The notes under the pieces are model-generated. The model did no database searches, had not been told where the DNA came from, and saw only the letters and a program-made list of their open reading frames with translations. Both the position numbers and the translations under genes were made by a program. Positions 28,058-38,490 of a stretch of DNA of 44,930 nucleotides are shown piece by piece. Where the stretch lies: the sequence record SRR31156797_4875, one strand, 5' to 3'. Position 1 is the first letter of the stretch. Every line of letters starts with the position of its first letter.

Positions 28058-31000
28058 CTATTGCACATTAACCTTCATCCATTTATCCATTTTTACCAAA
28101 AGCTCTTCTTTAAATATAGGTTTTGCAATGAAATCATCAATAATAACTCCTTTATATTTATCTAAATCTGCAGAAAAAACGTATGCCGTTTGCGCAATAA
28201 TTGGGATATCCGAATTTATACTTTTAATTTTCTCAGAAGCCTCATAGCCTGTCATTACAGGCAATTTAATATCCATTAAAATAATATCAATCCGCTCCTT
28301 ATTTTGCTGATACATACTGACAGCCTGTTGTCCATCTGAAGCATGTAATATATTCGCTTTCGTTTTCTTTAAAACGGCACTTAAAAATTCAAAATTAACC
28401 TCCTCATCTTCTACAATTAAAACCGTTTTATCTTCCCAAATGGGAAGCTGAAATGCAGCTGCTTCCTCTTTATTCTTAATATACACCGACTCTGTTGTTT
28501 GCTTGCTACTTTTTATAGAAAAGAAGAAGGTAGTCCCCTCGCCAGATACCGATTCCAACCATATTCTCCCCTCCATAGATTCTGCAAGATATTTAGCAAT
28601 AGACAAACCAAGTCCATTACCTCTGTACAAATTATCTGAACGATCCTCTAACTTTCGAAAACTCTCAAAGATATCTTGATAACTATCTGCATCGATACCA
28701 ATCCCAGTGTCTTTCACATAAAATGTATACATACCATTTTCAAGACTATACAAACCAAAAGTCACCTCTCCTTCATGTGTAAATTTAATGGCATTGCTGA
28801 TCAGATTTCCAAACAATTGCTTGAAGCGATAAATATCTGAGATTATTTCCAAACCAACAGGACTATGCAGATTTTCTATTTTCATCGTCACATCCTGATG
28901 ATACATCTTATTGTGCTTCAACAGGTCTTTACTATAAACATACATAAGGTCGTCTATAGCCGCATCCAGTTGCATCTTCTCCAAAAACACATCGAGTGTT
29001 CCTGACTTGATCTTTGAAAAATCAATAATATCTTCAATAATTTTCATTAAAGAATCGCCACTTGATCGGATATAATCAAAAAACTCCCAAACTTCTTTAT
29101 TGTCTCTATCTGCATCAATAATATTAATAAAGCCAATAATTGCATTTAAAGGAGTTCTAACCTCATGACTCATATTTTCTAAAAATGCAGTTTTTAGTCG
29201 ATTACTTTGTTCAGCTCGTTCCTTAGCATCTTCGAGATCTATCGTTCTCTCATATACTTTTTTCTGAAGGGTCTTGGTATGTTCCTCCAGCTCTCTTGTC
29301 TTTTCAGCTATAGTATCTCTTTGCTGTATTATTTCTTCCTTCTGATCCTGCAATTCCTTATTAGACCATTCCAGTTTCTTGGTTTTTTCTTTCACAAGTT
29401 GCTCAAGCTTATATTTTTGAGCTTTTAACTGATTTGTTCTTATCCTAAAAGCAGCAATAACAACCAAGGCAACAAAAACAAGTAGTAAAACAAAAAAGGA
29501 ATTTCTTTGATAAAAGGCTGGTTTAATTTTAATTTTTAATTGAATAGGAGTTTTACTCTCCACCCCATCGGAACTAATTCCATAGATAACCAAATGATAA
29601 TCGCCCTCTTTTAAATTACGAAAGTTGATATAGTTGTGTGATGCGTTAACAAAAGTCCATTTATCTGAATTTCTGATTTTATACTTATAGGAATTAGCCT
29701 TGGCATTGGCATAATGCAACACATCAAAACGAAGAGTAAAATCTTCTACTTGATTACCTAACTCAATACCCGATGTCTCCGCAATAGATTTTCTCAAAAC
29801 AATTTGCCCATTTACATTTTGATTTGGCAACACTTCATCTTCTCCTATTTGCAATGATGTCAAATACACATGAGGAGCATATGGATTATCCTTTATACTA
29901 TCTGGATGAAATTTATTAAACCCATTATCACCTCCGAAATAATAATAACCTTTACTGTCTTCATAGTAGGCATTATAATTAAACTCTCTACTTTGTAAAC
30001 CATCTCCTTGATTATAAATCCTACTTTTAATCTGACTTGAATAAATATCTGATAACCTAATTAATCCACTATTAGAAGAAATCCAAAGTGTAGTTCCTTT
30101 TCCCAGAATACCGTATACCTCCTTCGCTCCTAATTTTAATTCCTTACCAATATCAACAAACTCACCTTTTTTAAAATCGTACTTAGCAAGACCCTTGTAA
30201 CTACCTACCCACATATCACCTTGATCATCCATATACAAAACATCCGTTCGATAAATTAAATTGCTATCAACAAATGCTTCAAAGCGATCGTTTTTTTTAT
30301 CGTACCGATAAAAGCCATACACTCCTCCTACATACATGTTACGATCATGAAAATCGTATACGCCCATAAAAAAATCATCTTCATAATGCAGAAATGTATC
30401 TGATCCCTTGTCGTATCTACTTAATATACATCTTCTTCTATCCCAATCTTTGTTGCCGACAACCCAAATATTCTGATAGCGATCCACATGCACATTGTAA
30501 AGGTTATTCGTAGGTAAGGACGAGGTGTTCAAATGATTATGTACAAAATGACGCTTAACTTTAAAATCAGAACCTAGTAAGTCGAGCCCTCCCTTGTTAG
30601 TTGCAATCCATATGCTATCCGGGGACGAAACAGCTATTTGTTTAACATCATTATAACTTATAGAAGAAGGATCGTTGGGAGTATTTTCCAAATAAGAAAA
30701 ATCATTACTCTTCTTATTGAAGACATTAACACCTTTTTCAGTACCTACTAAAAGATAATTTCCTAGCTCCTCAAAACAATGTACAGCTCCCGTATTCAAA
30801 AAACGGCTGTCACCGGGAATGCTTTTGTAGTGAATGATTTGCTTAGCATACATATTTGCATAACTCACACCTCCCGAATGCATTCCCAACCAAATATTCT
30901 GATTATTATCGCAAAAACTATAAGTAATAGAATTTTGACTCAATTGAGTTACCGGGTGCGTATTTAATCCGTACAAATAAGCTCTTTCTTCATCTTTATC

Positions 31001-31897
31001 AAATAAAAACAGTCCCTGTCTGCTTCCGAAAAATAATCGTCCATTTCTATCCTCAAAAATAGTCCTAACACGCTTGGTAAATTCCTGGTTTGGATCGAGA
31101 ATATAATTTACAAAAGTGCTATCTGTCTTGTTTAATTTACAGAAACCTGAATTATATGTTCCCACCCAAAGATCCTCATCTTTATCTAAATACAGACAAT
31201 GCACCCAATCATCAGCCAGAGAAGAAGGATTATTTGGCTTATGCCTGAATGAAGTTACTTTTCCTGATTCTTTGTTATAAAAATACAGACCGGTTTGATA
31301 GGTACTGATCCAAAGGTTACTTTTTCTATCAACCAACACTTTATATATGGAATCATTGGGTAAACCTTTATTAATTAACGATAGCTTCTCCCAATCGGCT
31401 TTAGAATCCTTTTTAAAAAACAGACCGGAAGAAGTGCCAACCCACAATCGCTTATCTTCACCTTGAGCAATGGCAAATACTTCTTTGTTTAAACTATCTT
31501 TTAAATTAACACGAATAAACTCTTGCTTCAAGTAATCATATTGATGTAATCCTTTATCAGTACCAATCCATAAATTACTATCTGCATCACAATACAAGGC
31601 AGAAATATAGTTTGAATTTAACGAATTTACATCTTCATCATTATAAAAATAATGTTGAGTTCTTAAACCATCAAACCTGTTTAAGCCAAAAACGGTAGCA
31701 ATCCATATATACCCGTATTTATCCTGGGTAATGGATTTTACATAGTTGTTTGATAAGCCTTCATCAACCGATAGGTGCTGCATTTTCCATTGGGCGTGAA
31801 CAGAAAAATTTGGAGCAACAAATCTATCATTGCTCTTTGACGCCAATGTACTTGCCCAACAAACAAATATTATTATAAATCCAATTTTTATTGTCAT
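28058..31897 (-). CDS. Hybrid sensor histidine kinase (Reg_prop/YYY/TM/HisKA/HATPase/REC)
   Basis: Propeller repeats, NMSHEVRTPLN, NLISNAIKFT, DTGIGI, GNGLGL, and REC motifs IVEDE, LMDIKLP, AKP. Start uncertain (31897, 31912 or 31924). Confidence 0.93.
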   Translation of the reverse strand: MTIKIGFIIIFVCWASTLASKSNDRFVAPNFSVHAQWKMQHLSVDEGLSNNYVKSITQDKYGYIWIATVFGLNRFDGLRTQHYFYNDEDVNSLNSNYISALYCDADSNLWIGTDKGLHQYDYLKQEFIRVNLKDSLNKEVFAIAQGEDKRLWVGTSSGLFFKKDSKADWEKLSLINKGLPNDSIYKVLVDRKSNLWISTYQTGLYFYNKESGKVTSFRHKPNNPSSLADDWVHCLYLDKDEDLWVGTYNSGFCKLNKTDSTFVNYILDPNQEFTKRVRTIFEDRNGRLFFGSRQGLFLFDKDEERAYLYGLNTHPVTQLSQNSITYSFCDNNQNIWLGMHSGGVSYANMYAKQIIHYKSIPGDSRFLNTGAVHCFEELGNYLLVGTEKGVNVFNKKSNDFSYLENTPNDPSSISYNDVKQIAVSSPDSIWIATNKGGLDLLGSDFKVKRHFVHNHLNTSSLPTNNLYNVHVDRYQNIWVVGNKDWDRRRCILSRYDKGSDTFLHYEDDFFMGVYDFHDRNMYVGGVYGFYRYDKKNDRFEAFVDSNLIYRTDVLYMDDQGDMWVGSYKGLAKYDFKKGEFVDIGKELKLGAKEVYGILGKGTTLWISSNSGLIRLSDIYSSQIKSRIYNQGDGLQSREFNYNAYYEDSKGYYYFGGDNGFNKFHPDSIKDNPYAPHVYLTSLQIGEDEVLPNQNVNGQIVLRKSIAETSGIELGNQVEDFTLRFDVLHYANAKANSYKYKIRNSDKWTFVNASHNYINFRNLKEGDYHLVIYGISSDGVESKTPIQLKIKIKPAFYQRNSFFVLLLVFVALVVIAAFRIRTNQLKAQKYKLEQLVKEKTKKLEWSNKELQDQKEEIIQQRDTIAEKTRELEEHTKTLQKKVYERTIDLEDAKERAEQSNRLKTAFLENMSHEVRTPLNAIIGFINIIDADRDNKEVWEFFDYIRSSGDSLMKIIEDIIDFSKIKSGTLDVFLEKMQLDAAIDDLMYVYSKDLLKHNKMYHQDVTMKIENLHSPVGLEIISDIYRFKQLFGNLISNAIKFTHEGEVTFGLYSLENGMYTFYVKDTGIGIDADSYQDIFESFRKLEDRSDNLYRGNGLGLSIAKYLAESMEGRIWLESVSGEGTTFFFSIKSSKQTTESVYIKNKEEAAAFQLPIWEDKTVLIVEDEEVNFEFLSAVLKKTKANILHASDGQQAVSMYQQNKERIDIILMDIKLPVMTGYEASEKIKSINSDIPIIAQTAYVFSADLDKYKGVIIDDFIAKPIFKEELLVKMDKWMKVNVQ

Positions 31898-32140
31898 ACC
31901 ATCATTATACATATCACGAGGCACTCATACATTTTTATGTTCCAATCTTTTACAATATAATAACTTTTACAAAAATAATTATTTGAACTGCACATTGCTA
32001 CACCAGCACAAAAGTTGGTCTACGCATTATTCAAGCGATTAGAAGAATTTTGAAACACAATTATCCATACCTTAAAACAATTCTACATGATTTTTTGAAC
32101 TATGAAGTCTATTTTTAAGCCTTATTAAAAAAGCAATAAA

Positions 32141-32911
32141 ATGATTAGAAAATACTTATACATCACATATTTATTCTTAATACTATTAATTACTCAAGGT
32201 TCTTTAGCTCAAAAACAGAGTAATGATTCTATCAAACTATCAAAACTTTACCCCTCGGAATCAACCATAATTAAATACCATAACAACTGGACACAAAACC
32301 ATTATAAGCAAAGGATAAAAACTTTTAAAAAGAATCCTTTAAACTTTGGCGATATTGTTTTTATAGGCAATAGCATTACCGAACAAGGAAGAGATTGGAA
32401 TGAAAAATTTGGAACTAAAACAATTAAAAACCGTGGAATTGCCGGTGATATAACAGATGGTGTATTGAAAAGGTTAGACGAAATTATTTATTATAAACCC
32501 AAAGCCATTTTTATTTTAATTGGCATTAACGACTTATCAAATATACATCACCAAGAAGAAAATCGTCCCAATCTTATTTATGATAAGATTATTCCTTCAC
32601 CAAAATATGTTGGTAAAAATCTGGTTAAGATTTCACGAATATTGAACAAAAATTTACCTGATACAAAAATTTATATTAGAACTATATTACCAACCAGAAG
32701 GCTACACCTTAAAGATGATATAGTTCTCGTTAATGCAATAATTAAGCAGAATGAGAAGAAAGGTTATTATAAGGTCATTGATCTTTATAGTGTTTTTGTT
32801 GACACAGATGGACAAATGAAAAAAGAACTCACCAAAGATGGTGTGCATTTGAATGGGAAAGGCTATGAAAATTGGGTTGCATATGAAAATTCCATTATTA
32901 ACAACCTTTAA
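32141..32911 (+). CDS. Exported GDSL/SGNH esterase-lipase
   Basis: VFIGNSITE, NRGIAGD, IGIND and DGVH motifs. Signal peptide. Confidence 0.92.
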   Translation: MIRKYLYITYLFLILLITQGSLAQKQSNDSIKLSKLYPSESTIIKYHNNWTQNHYKQRIKTFKKNPLNFGDIVFIGNSITEQGRDWNEKFGTKTIKNRGIAGDITDGVLKRLDEIIYYKPKAIFILIGINDLSNIHHQEENRPNLIYDKIIPSPKYVGKNLVKISRILNKNLPDTKIYIRTILPTRRLHLKDDIVLVNAIIKQNEKKGYYKVIDLYSVFVDTDGQMKKELTKDGVHLNGKGYENWVAYENSIINNL

Positions 32912-32946
32912 AAGAGAATAACCTTTAATTTCAATTCACTATCAGA

Positions 32947-35415
32947 TCACATTGGATCAACATCTGCCTGAACACTCACTGCTTTAAAACCGGGATGGCT
33001 AACCACTGTATCAATAGCAGAGCGTATCATTTCTTTAACCTTTGGCAAAGACACACCTCCTTCTACTTTTAACATTATCTTTCTGATATGCCAATTCTGA
33101 ATTTTACTTATGGTAGGTGCTTGCGGACCAACTACTCGTTCGTTAAAAACATTGCGAAGATATTGTCCTAAATAATCAGATGCCTGTTCAACCGTATTAG
33201 GATTTTTATGACGGATGGTTAGATAAATAAGTCTATAAAACGGTGGATATTTAAAAGCTTCCCTTTCGACTAGCTCTGCTTTAAAATGATTGAGAAAGTT
33301 ATGATTGATTACATCTCTGATGACCGGATTATCCGGATTGCTGGTTTGTAGGATTACCTTTCCCTGTTTAAACTTTCTTCCAGCTCTTCCTCCAACTTGC
33401 GACATCATTTGAAAGCTACGCTCAAAAGCTCTAAAATCGGGATAGTTTAGCATACTATCGGCATTTAAAATACCTACTACACTCACATTATCAAAATCCA
33501 GACCTTTAGATATCATTTGTGTACCTATCAGAATATCCACATCTCCTCTTTCAAAGCGTCCAATTAAGGTTTCGTGTGATTTTCGTGTTCTGGAAGTATC
33601 TAAATCCATTCTGGCAACACTTATATCAGGAAAAATAATTTTTATCTCCTCTTCTATTTTTTCTGTTCCGAATCCTTTTGTTTGTAGTGCCGGAGAACCA
33701 CAAGCCTTACAGGTTTTAGGTAAATAATGTGAATTACCACAGTAATGACAAACCAATTGATTGATATGCTTGTGGTATGTCATACTCACATCGCAATAAT
33801 CACACTTAGGCACCCAACTGCATTGACCGCATTCTAAATATGGAGAAAAACCTCTTCTGTTTTGAAAAAGAATGGCCTGTTCCCCTCTTTCCAAAGCCTG
33901 ATTTACTTCTTCGACCAATTGAGGAGAAAAATGAGATTGCATTCGCTTTTTACGTTTCTCCTCTCTCACATTTACCGTAACGATTTCAGGCATTTTAATT
34001 CCTTCGAACCTTTCAAAAAGTTCAACCAATCCATATTTACCTAATTGCGTATTCTGATATGTCTCTATTGATGGCGTTGCAGTGCCCAGTAAAACTTTAG
34101 CTTTATGAAGACGAGCCAAAACCATAGCTGCATCACGGGCATGATATCTGGGAGCTGGATCAAACTGCTTGTATGTATTTTCATGCTCCTCATCAATAAT
34201 AATCAAACCTAAATTCTCAAACGGCAGAAAAACAGAAGATCGTACTCCAATTACCACCTTGTAGTTTTCCCTGTGTAAAATATCATTCCAGACTTCTACT
34301 CTTTCCGCATCACTATATTTAGAATGATAAATACCTATTTCATTGCCAAATACTTTTTTAAGTCTGGAGGTAATTTGTGTGGTTAGCGCAATCTCAGGCA
34401 AAAGATACAGCACCTGTTTGCCCTTATCTATTTGTTCCCGAATCAAATGAATATAAATCTCTGTTTTTCCACTGGATGTTACACCATGCAGTAAAACAGC
34501 CTCTTTTTCTTCAAACCGGGATTCTATCTCATCTTTAGCTTGCTGTTGCGCTTTATTTAATTGATGCAGTTCTCTGGTATCTAACTTATCTGTTTGCAGT
34601 CTGGAAACAGCAGCTTCCACTTCCAACAAAATACCTTTTTTAATCAGTTCATTTAATACAGAAGGTGAGGCACCGCTTTTTTCTCGTAATTCGTTTTTAT
34701 CAATTGCTTTACCAAAATTACTTTGATTTGCACCTCCAATCGTGGTAAAAAACACCATTAAGACCTCTAGCTGCTTTTTTGCCCGACTCAATTCCGTAAA
34801 AACATTCTGTAACTTTTGCTCTGCATAATAATCAGGAGAAAGCTGCACCAGCTTTTTTATTTTGGCCTTGTATCCATCTTTTAAACGCTCGCTTACAAAC
34901 AAAGCTTCTTTATCGAGCAATGATTTAATGACTGGCAACGAGTTTTTCAATTCTGTAATGCCATTCAATTCCTGAATAGTTCCTACTTTTTTATCTGAAA
35001 GATAATCAAGCACCAACCTTTCTTTATCACTTAGCTTCCCTTCCGGATGCCATTCCGAATTATAATGAACTTTGGTTTCGCTCTCCAATTTTAAACCAGA
35101 AGGCAATGCTGCCTTATACACTTCACCAAGTGTACACATATAGTATTCCGCAATCCATTTCCAAAAATGCAGTTGAATATCATTAACAACAGGAGCATCA
35201 TCCAATAAAGAAATAATCTCCTTGATTTCATACGCTTCCGGTTTTTGATCGTGAATAGCATAAACCACTCCGGAATAATACTTTTTTTTGCCAAAGGGAA
35301 CCACCACACGCATACCAATTTCTACATCACTTATCCAATCCTCAGGAACTTCGTAAGTAAACAAACGCGGCAATGGAACCGGTAAAATTATATCTGCAAA
35401 ATATGTGGCGCTCAT
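32947..35415 (-). CDS. priA: Primosomal protein N' (replication restart helicase)
   Basis: HGVTSSGKT, LPEIALT, DEEH, four CxxC pairs, GTQMISKGLD and GRAGR. Start reassigned to MSATYFAD (35415), supported by a -7 box. Confidence 0.97.
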   Translation of the reverse strand: MSATYFADIILPVPLPRLFTYEVPEDWISDVEIGMRVVVPFGKKKYYSGVVYAIHDQKPEAYEIKEIISLLDDAPVVNDIQLHFWKWIAEYYMCTLGEVYKAALPSGLKLESETKVHYNSEWHPEGKLSDKERLVLDYLSDKKVGTIQELNGITELKNSLPVIKSLLDKEALFVSERLKDGYKAKIKKLVQLSPDYYAEQKLQNVFTELSRAKKQLEVLMVFFTTIGGANQSNFGKAIDKNELREKSGASPSVLNELIKKGILLEVEAAVSRLQTDKLDTRELHQLNKAQQQAKDEIESRFEEKEAVLLHGVTSSGKTEIYIHLIREQIDKGKQVLYLLPEIALTTQITSRLKKVFGNEIGIYHSKYSDAERVEVWNDILHRENYKVVIGVRSSVFLPFENLGLIIIDEEHENTYKQFDPAPRYHARDAAMVLARLHKAKVLLGTATPSIETYQNTQLGKYGLVELFERFEGIKMPEIVTVNVREEKRKKRMQSHFSPQLVEEVNQALERGEQAILFQNRRGFSPYLECGQCSWVPKCDYCDVSMTYHKHINQLVCHYCGNSHYLPKTCKACGSPALQTKGFGTEKIEEEIKIIFPDISVARMDLDTSRTRKSHETLIGRFERGDVDILIGTQMISKGLDFDNVSVVGILNADSMLNYPDFRAFERSFQMMSQVGGRAGRKFKQGKVILQTSNPDNPVIRDVINHNFLNHFKAELVEREAFKYPPFYRLIYLTIRHKNPNTVEQASDYLGQYLRNVFNERVVGPQAPTISKIQNWHIRKIMLKVEGGVSLPKVKEMIRSAIDTVVSHPGFKAVSVQADVDPM

Positions 35416-35432
35416 GAATTTGAAAATTGTTA

Positions 35433-35440
35433 CAAATGTA
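35433..35440 (-). promoter_or_regulatory. Bacteroidota -7 promoter box (TACATTTG) of priA
   Basis: TAnnTTTG match 17 nt upstream of ATG 35415. Confidence 0.6.
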
Positions 35441-35670
35441 TGTTTTTTTAACAACTTCAAACTTTTGTTCTGCTTAAGGAAGCCTATGCTAAATTCTCTT
35501 AAATCTTTAAAACCCATAACCATTTTGAACAAAAAAAAGTTTTAAAAATTCAAATACCAACTCATTAAACATTATCAATAACTTAAAGTCATATTTTCAA
35601 CAAACTAGCTTCCTTCATCATAATCCAGATATGCTAAATCTCGCTTGTAATCTCCACATACTTTGTTTTA

Positions 35671-35774
35671 CATTTTCTCATATTTTCATCATAGCTTCTT
35701 CACTAATCCTTCACATATCAATATTAAATAGTGAAGGAAAAGTGGAGCAATAGAGAAGAAGTAGCGATACATTT
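35671..35774. repeat. Two divergent 11-bp-period degenerate arrays around a 16-bp AT-rich core
   Basis: Plus-strand units start at 35731, 35742, 35753, 35764. Minus-strand units start at 35714, 35703, 35692, 35681. Innermost GTGAAGGA is a perfect inverted pair. Confidence 0.5.
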
Positions 35775-35835
35775 ACGACAACCATTAGAAGCAGAAATAG
35801 AATTTTTATCATTAAAAATATGATGATTAAATATC

Positions 35836-35843
35836 TACATTTG
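35836..35843 (+). promoter_or_regulatory. Bacteroidota -7 promoter box (TACATTTG)
   Basis: TAnnTTTG match 19 nt upstream of ATG 35863. Confidence 0.6.
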
Positions 35844-35862
35844 CCTTTCAAATTTTTCACAA

Positions 35863-36756
35863 ATGCAAAAAACAGGGATTTCATCATTTTTATATATCAT
35901 ATTCTCAATGGTTTTTTGGGCCTTTTCTTTTGTTTGGGTTAAAGAAGCCTATGAATCTCTAGAGCCTTTATCTACCGTTTTTTTGCGTTTAATAATCAGT
36001 TCTGCTCTTTTGTTCGCTTATTTACTCATAAGCAAAAGGTTCACAAGACTAAAGAAAGAAGATCTTAAAGCTATTTTAATATTGGCTTTTTTTGAACCAT
36101 TTTTATATTTCATGGCCGAAAGTTTTGGAATGCAACTCGTATCCAGCACCCTTGCTGCCGTAATTGTTTCCACAGTACCGATATTTGCTACTTTATTTGC
36201 TTTTTTATTTCTAAAAGAAAGAATAACCCCCATAGCTATATTAGGAATTGTTATTTCATTTATAGGCGTAGGCACCATGGTATTTGAAGGTGGATTTCAA
36301 TTAAAAGCTTCATTACTTGGAATAACCCTCATGTTTATTGCTGTTTTATCCACAATTGGCTATTCACTTACATTAAAAAATATGGCGCAAAAGTATTCTC
36401 CGGTGAATATTATTGCCTACCAAAACTTCTTTGGTATTTTTATGTTTCTGCCTTTCTTTGGATATTGGGAATCTAGGGATTTTTTCCAATCCGATATTTC
36501 AGGAAATTCTTGGTTGGCCGTACTACAATTAGCTATCTTTGCCTCTTCTTTGGCTTTTATATTTTTCACACAGGCTATTAAAAAATTAGGTGTCGCTAAA
36601 TCAAATATGTTTGTCAACCTGATACCTGTTTTTACTGCCCTTTTTGCCTGGTGGCTAAGAGGTGATATCATTGATTTTCAAAAAGCCCTGGGGATTATTA
36701 TTGTTGTAACCGGATTATTTGTATCTCAGATTAAAAAGAAAAAAAGTGCAGCTTGA
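35863..36756 (+). CDS. DMT/EamA family transporter
   Basis: FWAFSFVWVK, PIFATLFAFLFLKERIT and NLIPVFTALFAW motifs. About 10 TM. Confidence 0.92.
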   Translation: MQKTGISSFLYIIFSMVFWAFSFVWVKEAYESLEPLSTVFLRLIISSALLFAYLLISKRFTRLKKEDLKAILILAFFEPFLYFMAESFGMQLVSSTLAAVIVSTVPIFATLFAFLFLKERITPIAILGIVISFIGVGTMVFEGGFQLKASLLGITLMFIAVLSTIGYSLTLKNMAQKYSPVNIIAYQNFFGIFMFLPFFGYWESRDFFQSDISGNSWLAVLQLAIFASSLAFIFFTQAIKKLGVAKSNMFVNLIPVFTALFAWWLRGDIIDFQKALGIIIVVTGLFVSQIKKKKSAA

Positions 36757-37234
36757 CTTAGAACGTTATAAAGAATTAGCCAACAACAAAGCCAAAGAAA
36801 ACAAAGCTTTTGTAACTCGTCTTCGAAAAAAGAAACCTAAATCCCTGGACGACGATGTGTACAATGCACATATTGAAGCTTTTGAAAAAGTAGATTGTCT
36901 TCAATGCGCCAACTGCTGTAAGTCAATCAGTCCAATAATTATTGACAGAGATATTGACCGAATTGCCAAACATCTAAAAATGAAAAGACCGGATGTAATT
37001 GATCAATACTTTGAAATAGATGAAGACGATGATTACGTTTTTAAAGAAACACCTTGTCCTTTTCTCATGCCAGACAACTATTGCATGATCTATGAAGTAA
37101 GGCCGCGTGCATGCCGGGAATATCCTCATACAGATCGTAAAAGGTTTTATCAGATTCTGAATCTTACCTACCGTAACTCATTTGTTTGTCCGGCCGTTTA
37201 CGAAGTACTCGAAACCTTAAAAAAGCAATATTAA
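36746..37234 (+). CDS. YkgJ-family cysteine-cluster (Zn/Fe-chelating) protein
   Basis: CLQCANCC, CPFL..NYCMIYEVRPRACREYP and CPAV. Likely GTG start at 36746 overlapping the DMT stop. Confidence 0.9.
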   Translation: MQLDLERYKELANNKAKENKAFVTRLRKKKPKSLDDDVYNAHIEAFEKVDCLQCANCCKSISPIIIDRDIDRIAKHLKMKRPDVIDQYFEIDEDDDYVFKETPCPFLMPDNYCMIYEVRPRACREYPHTDRKRFYQILNLTYRNSFVCPAVYEVLETLKKQY

Positions 37235-37312
37235 AAAGCCTTCCAAAGAACGTTTGTCATTATTATTTGACAGATGATAAATTTCTTAAGCCAATCATAT
37301 ATACTAAAACTA

Positions 37313-37320
37313 TATATTTG
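37313..37320 (+). promoter_or_regulatory. Bacteroidota -7 promoter box (TATATTTG)
   Basis: TAnnTTTG match 35 nt upstream of porQ. Confidence 0.6.
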
Positions 37321-37355
37321 TCGTTCTTTAAAAAGTCAAGAAAGAGAATAACTAT

Positions 37356-38381
37356 ATGCTGAGGTATTTTATCATTATAATATTTGGAGTTAGTGCTATT
37401 GTTGTTGATGCACAAAAAGGAGGAGAAAGCACTTACGATTTTTTAAATCTAACAAACTCAGCAAGAGTTGCAGCTTTGGGAGGTACCAATATCACTATTA
37501 ATGATAATGATATGAATATGGCTTACCATAACCCTGCTTTGTTAAAAAAAGAAATGGATCAGAATTTAGTGCTAAACTATGTTCCATATATGACAGGTAT
37601 CAATTATGGATATGTGGGCTTTGCTAAACACTTTGAAAAAGTTGGATCATTTAGTTTAGGTGTTCACAACATCAATTATGGTGAATTTACCAGAACAAAC
37701 GAATACGATGAAATTTTAGGAACAGCTACCGCTGCTGAATATGCATTTAATCTAAGCTATGCCAGAAAACTATCCCCTAACCTTTCAATGGGAATAACTG
37801 CCAAACCTATTTATTCTAAATTTGATGTATATACTTCATTTGGATTAGCAGCTGACTTTGGTATTCATTATTATGTTCCTGAAAACGACTTTTCAATTGG
37901 ATTAGTCCTAAAAAATGTTGGCTCTCAAATAGAATCGTTCGACGAAGTTCAGGAAGATATGCCATCTGATTTACAATTTGGATTTACAAAAAAACTTGCT
38001 CATGCGCCATTTCGTTTTTCAATAACTGCACAGCATTTGCTCGACTGGGATTTAACCTATACAGCGTACGACGAAGAAAATGCAAGCTATAGCTCAGAAG
38101 ACGGAAAAGATAAAGGCAAAGATTTTGGCGATCAGTTAATGAGACATATGGTTTTTGGGGTAGAATTTATGCCTTCTAAAAGTTTTCATGTTGACTTTGG
38201 TTATAATCATCGTCGACGCAAAGAACTGGGTTACGAACAGCGTCTTTCTACAGCAGGATTCTCATGGGGCTTTGGATTCAAAGTTTACAAGTTTTTATTC
38301 TCGTATGGTTCAGCACGATATCACTTAGGTGGATCTTCCAACCACTTCTCCATCTCTACTAACTTATCTCAATTTAGGTAA
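37356..38381 (+). CDS. porQ: Type IX secretion system protein PorQ
   Basis: YDFLNL..SARVAALGG, NPALL, HAPFRFSIT and GYNHRRRKEL motifs. Lies directly upstream of cmk. Confidence 0.85.
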   Translation: MLRYFIIIIFGVSAIVVDAQKGGESTYDFLNLTNSARVAALGGTNITINDNDMNMAYHNPALLKKEMDQNLVLNYVPYMTGINYGYVGFAKHFEKVGSFSLGVHNINYGEFTRTNEYDEILGTATAAEYAFNLSYARKLSPNLSMGITAKPIYSKFDVYTSFGLAADFGIHYYVPENDFSIGLVLKNVGSQIESFDEVQEDMPSDLQFGFTKKLAHAPFRFSITAQHLLDWDLTYTAYDEENASYSSEDGKDKGKDFGDQLMRHMVFGVEFMPSKSFHVDFGYNHRRRKELGYEQRLSTAGFSWGFGFKVYKFLFSYGSARYHLGGSSNHFSISTNLSQFR

Positions 38382-38490
38382 ACACCAATTTAATGGTAAT
38401 TAATACTACCATTATTTATTAAGAATTAAAGAAAAAAACTGAGGCAAAAGTCAAACAATCGTTTTATTTTTACCCCTCAATTTTTTTACA

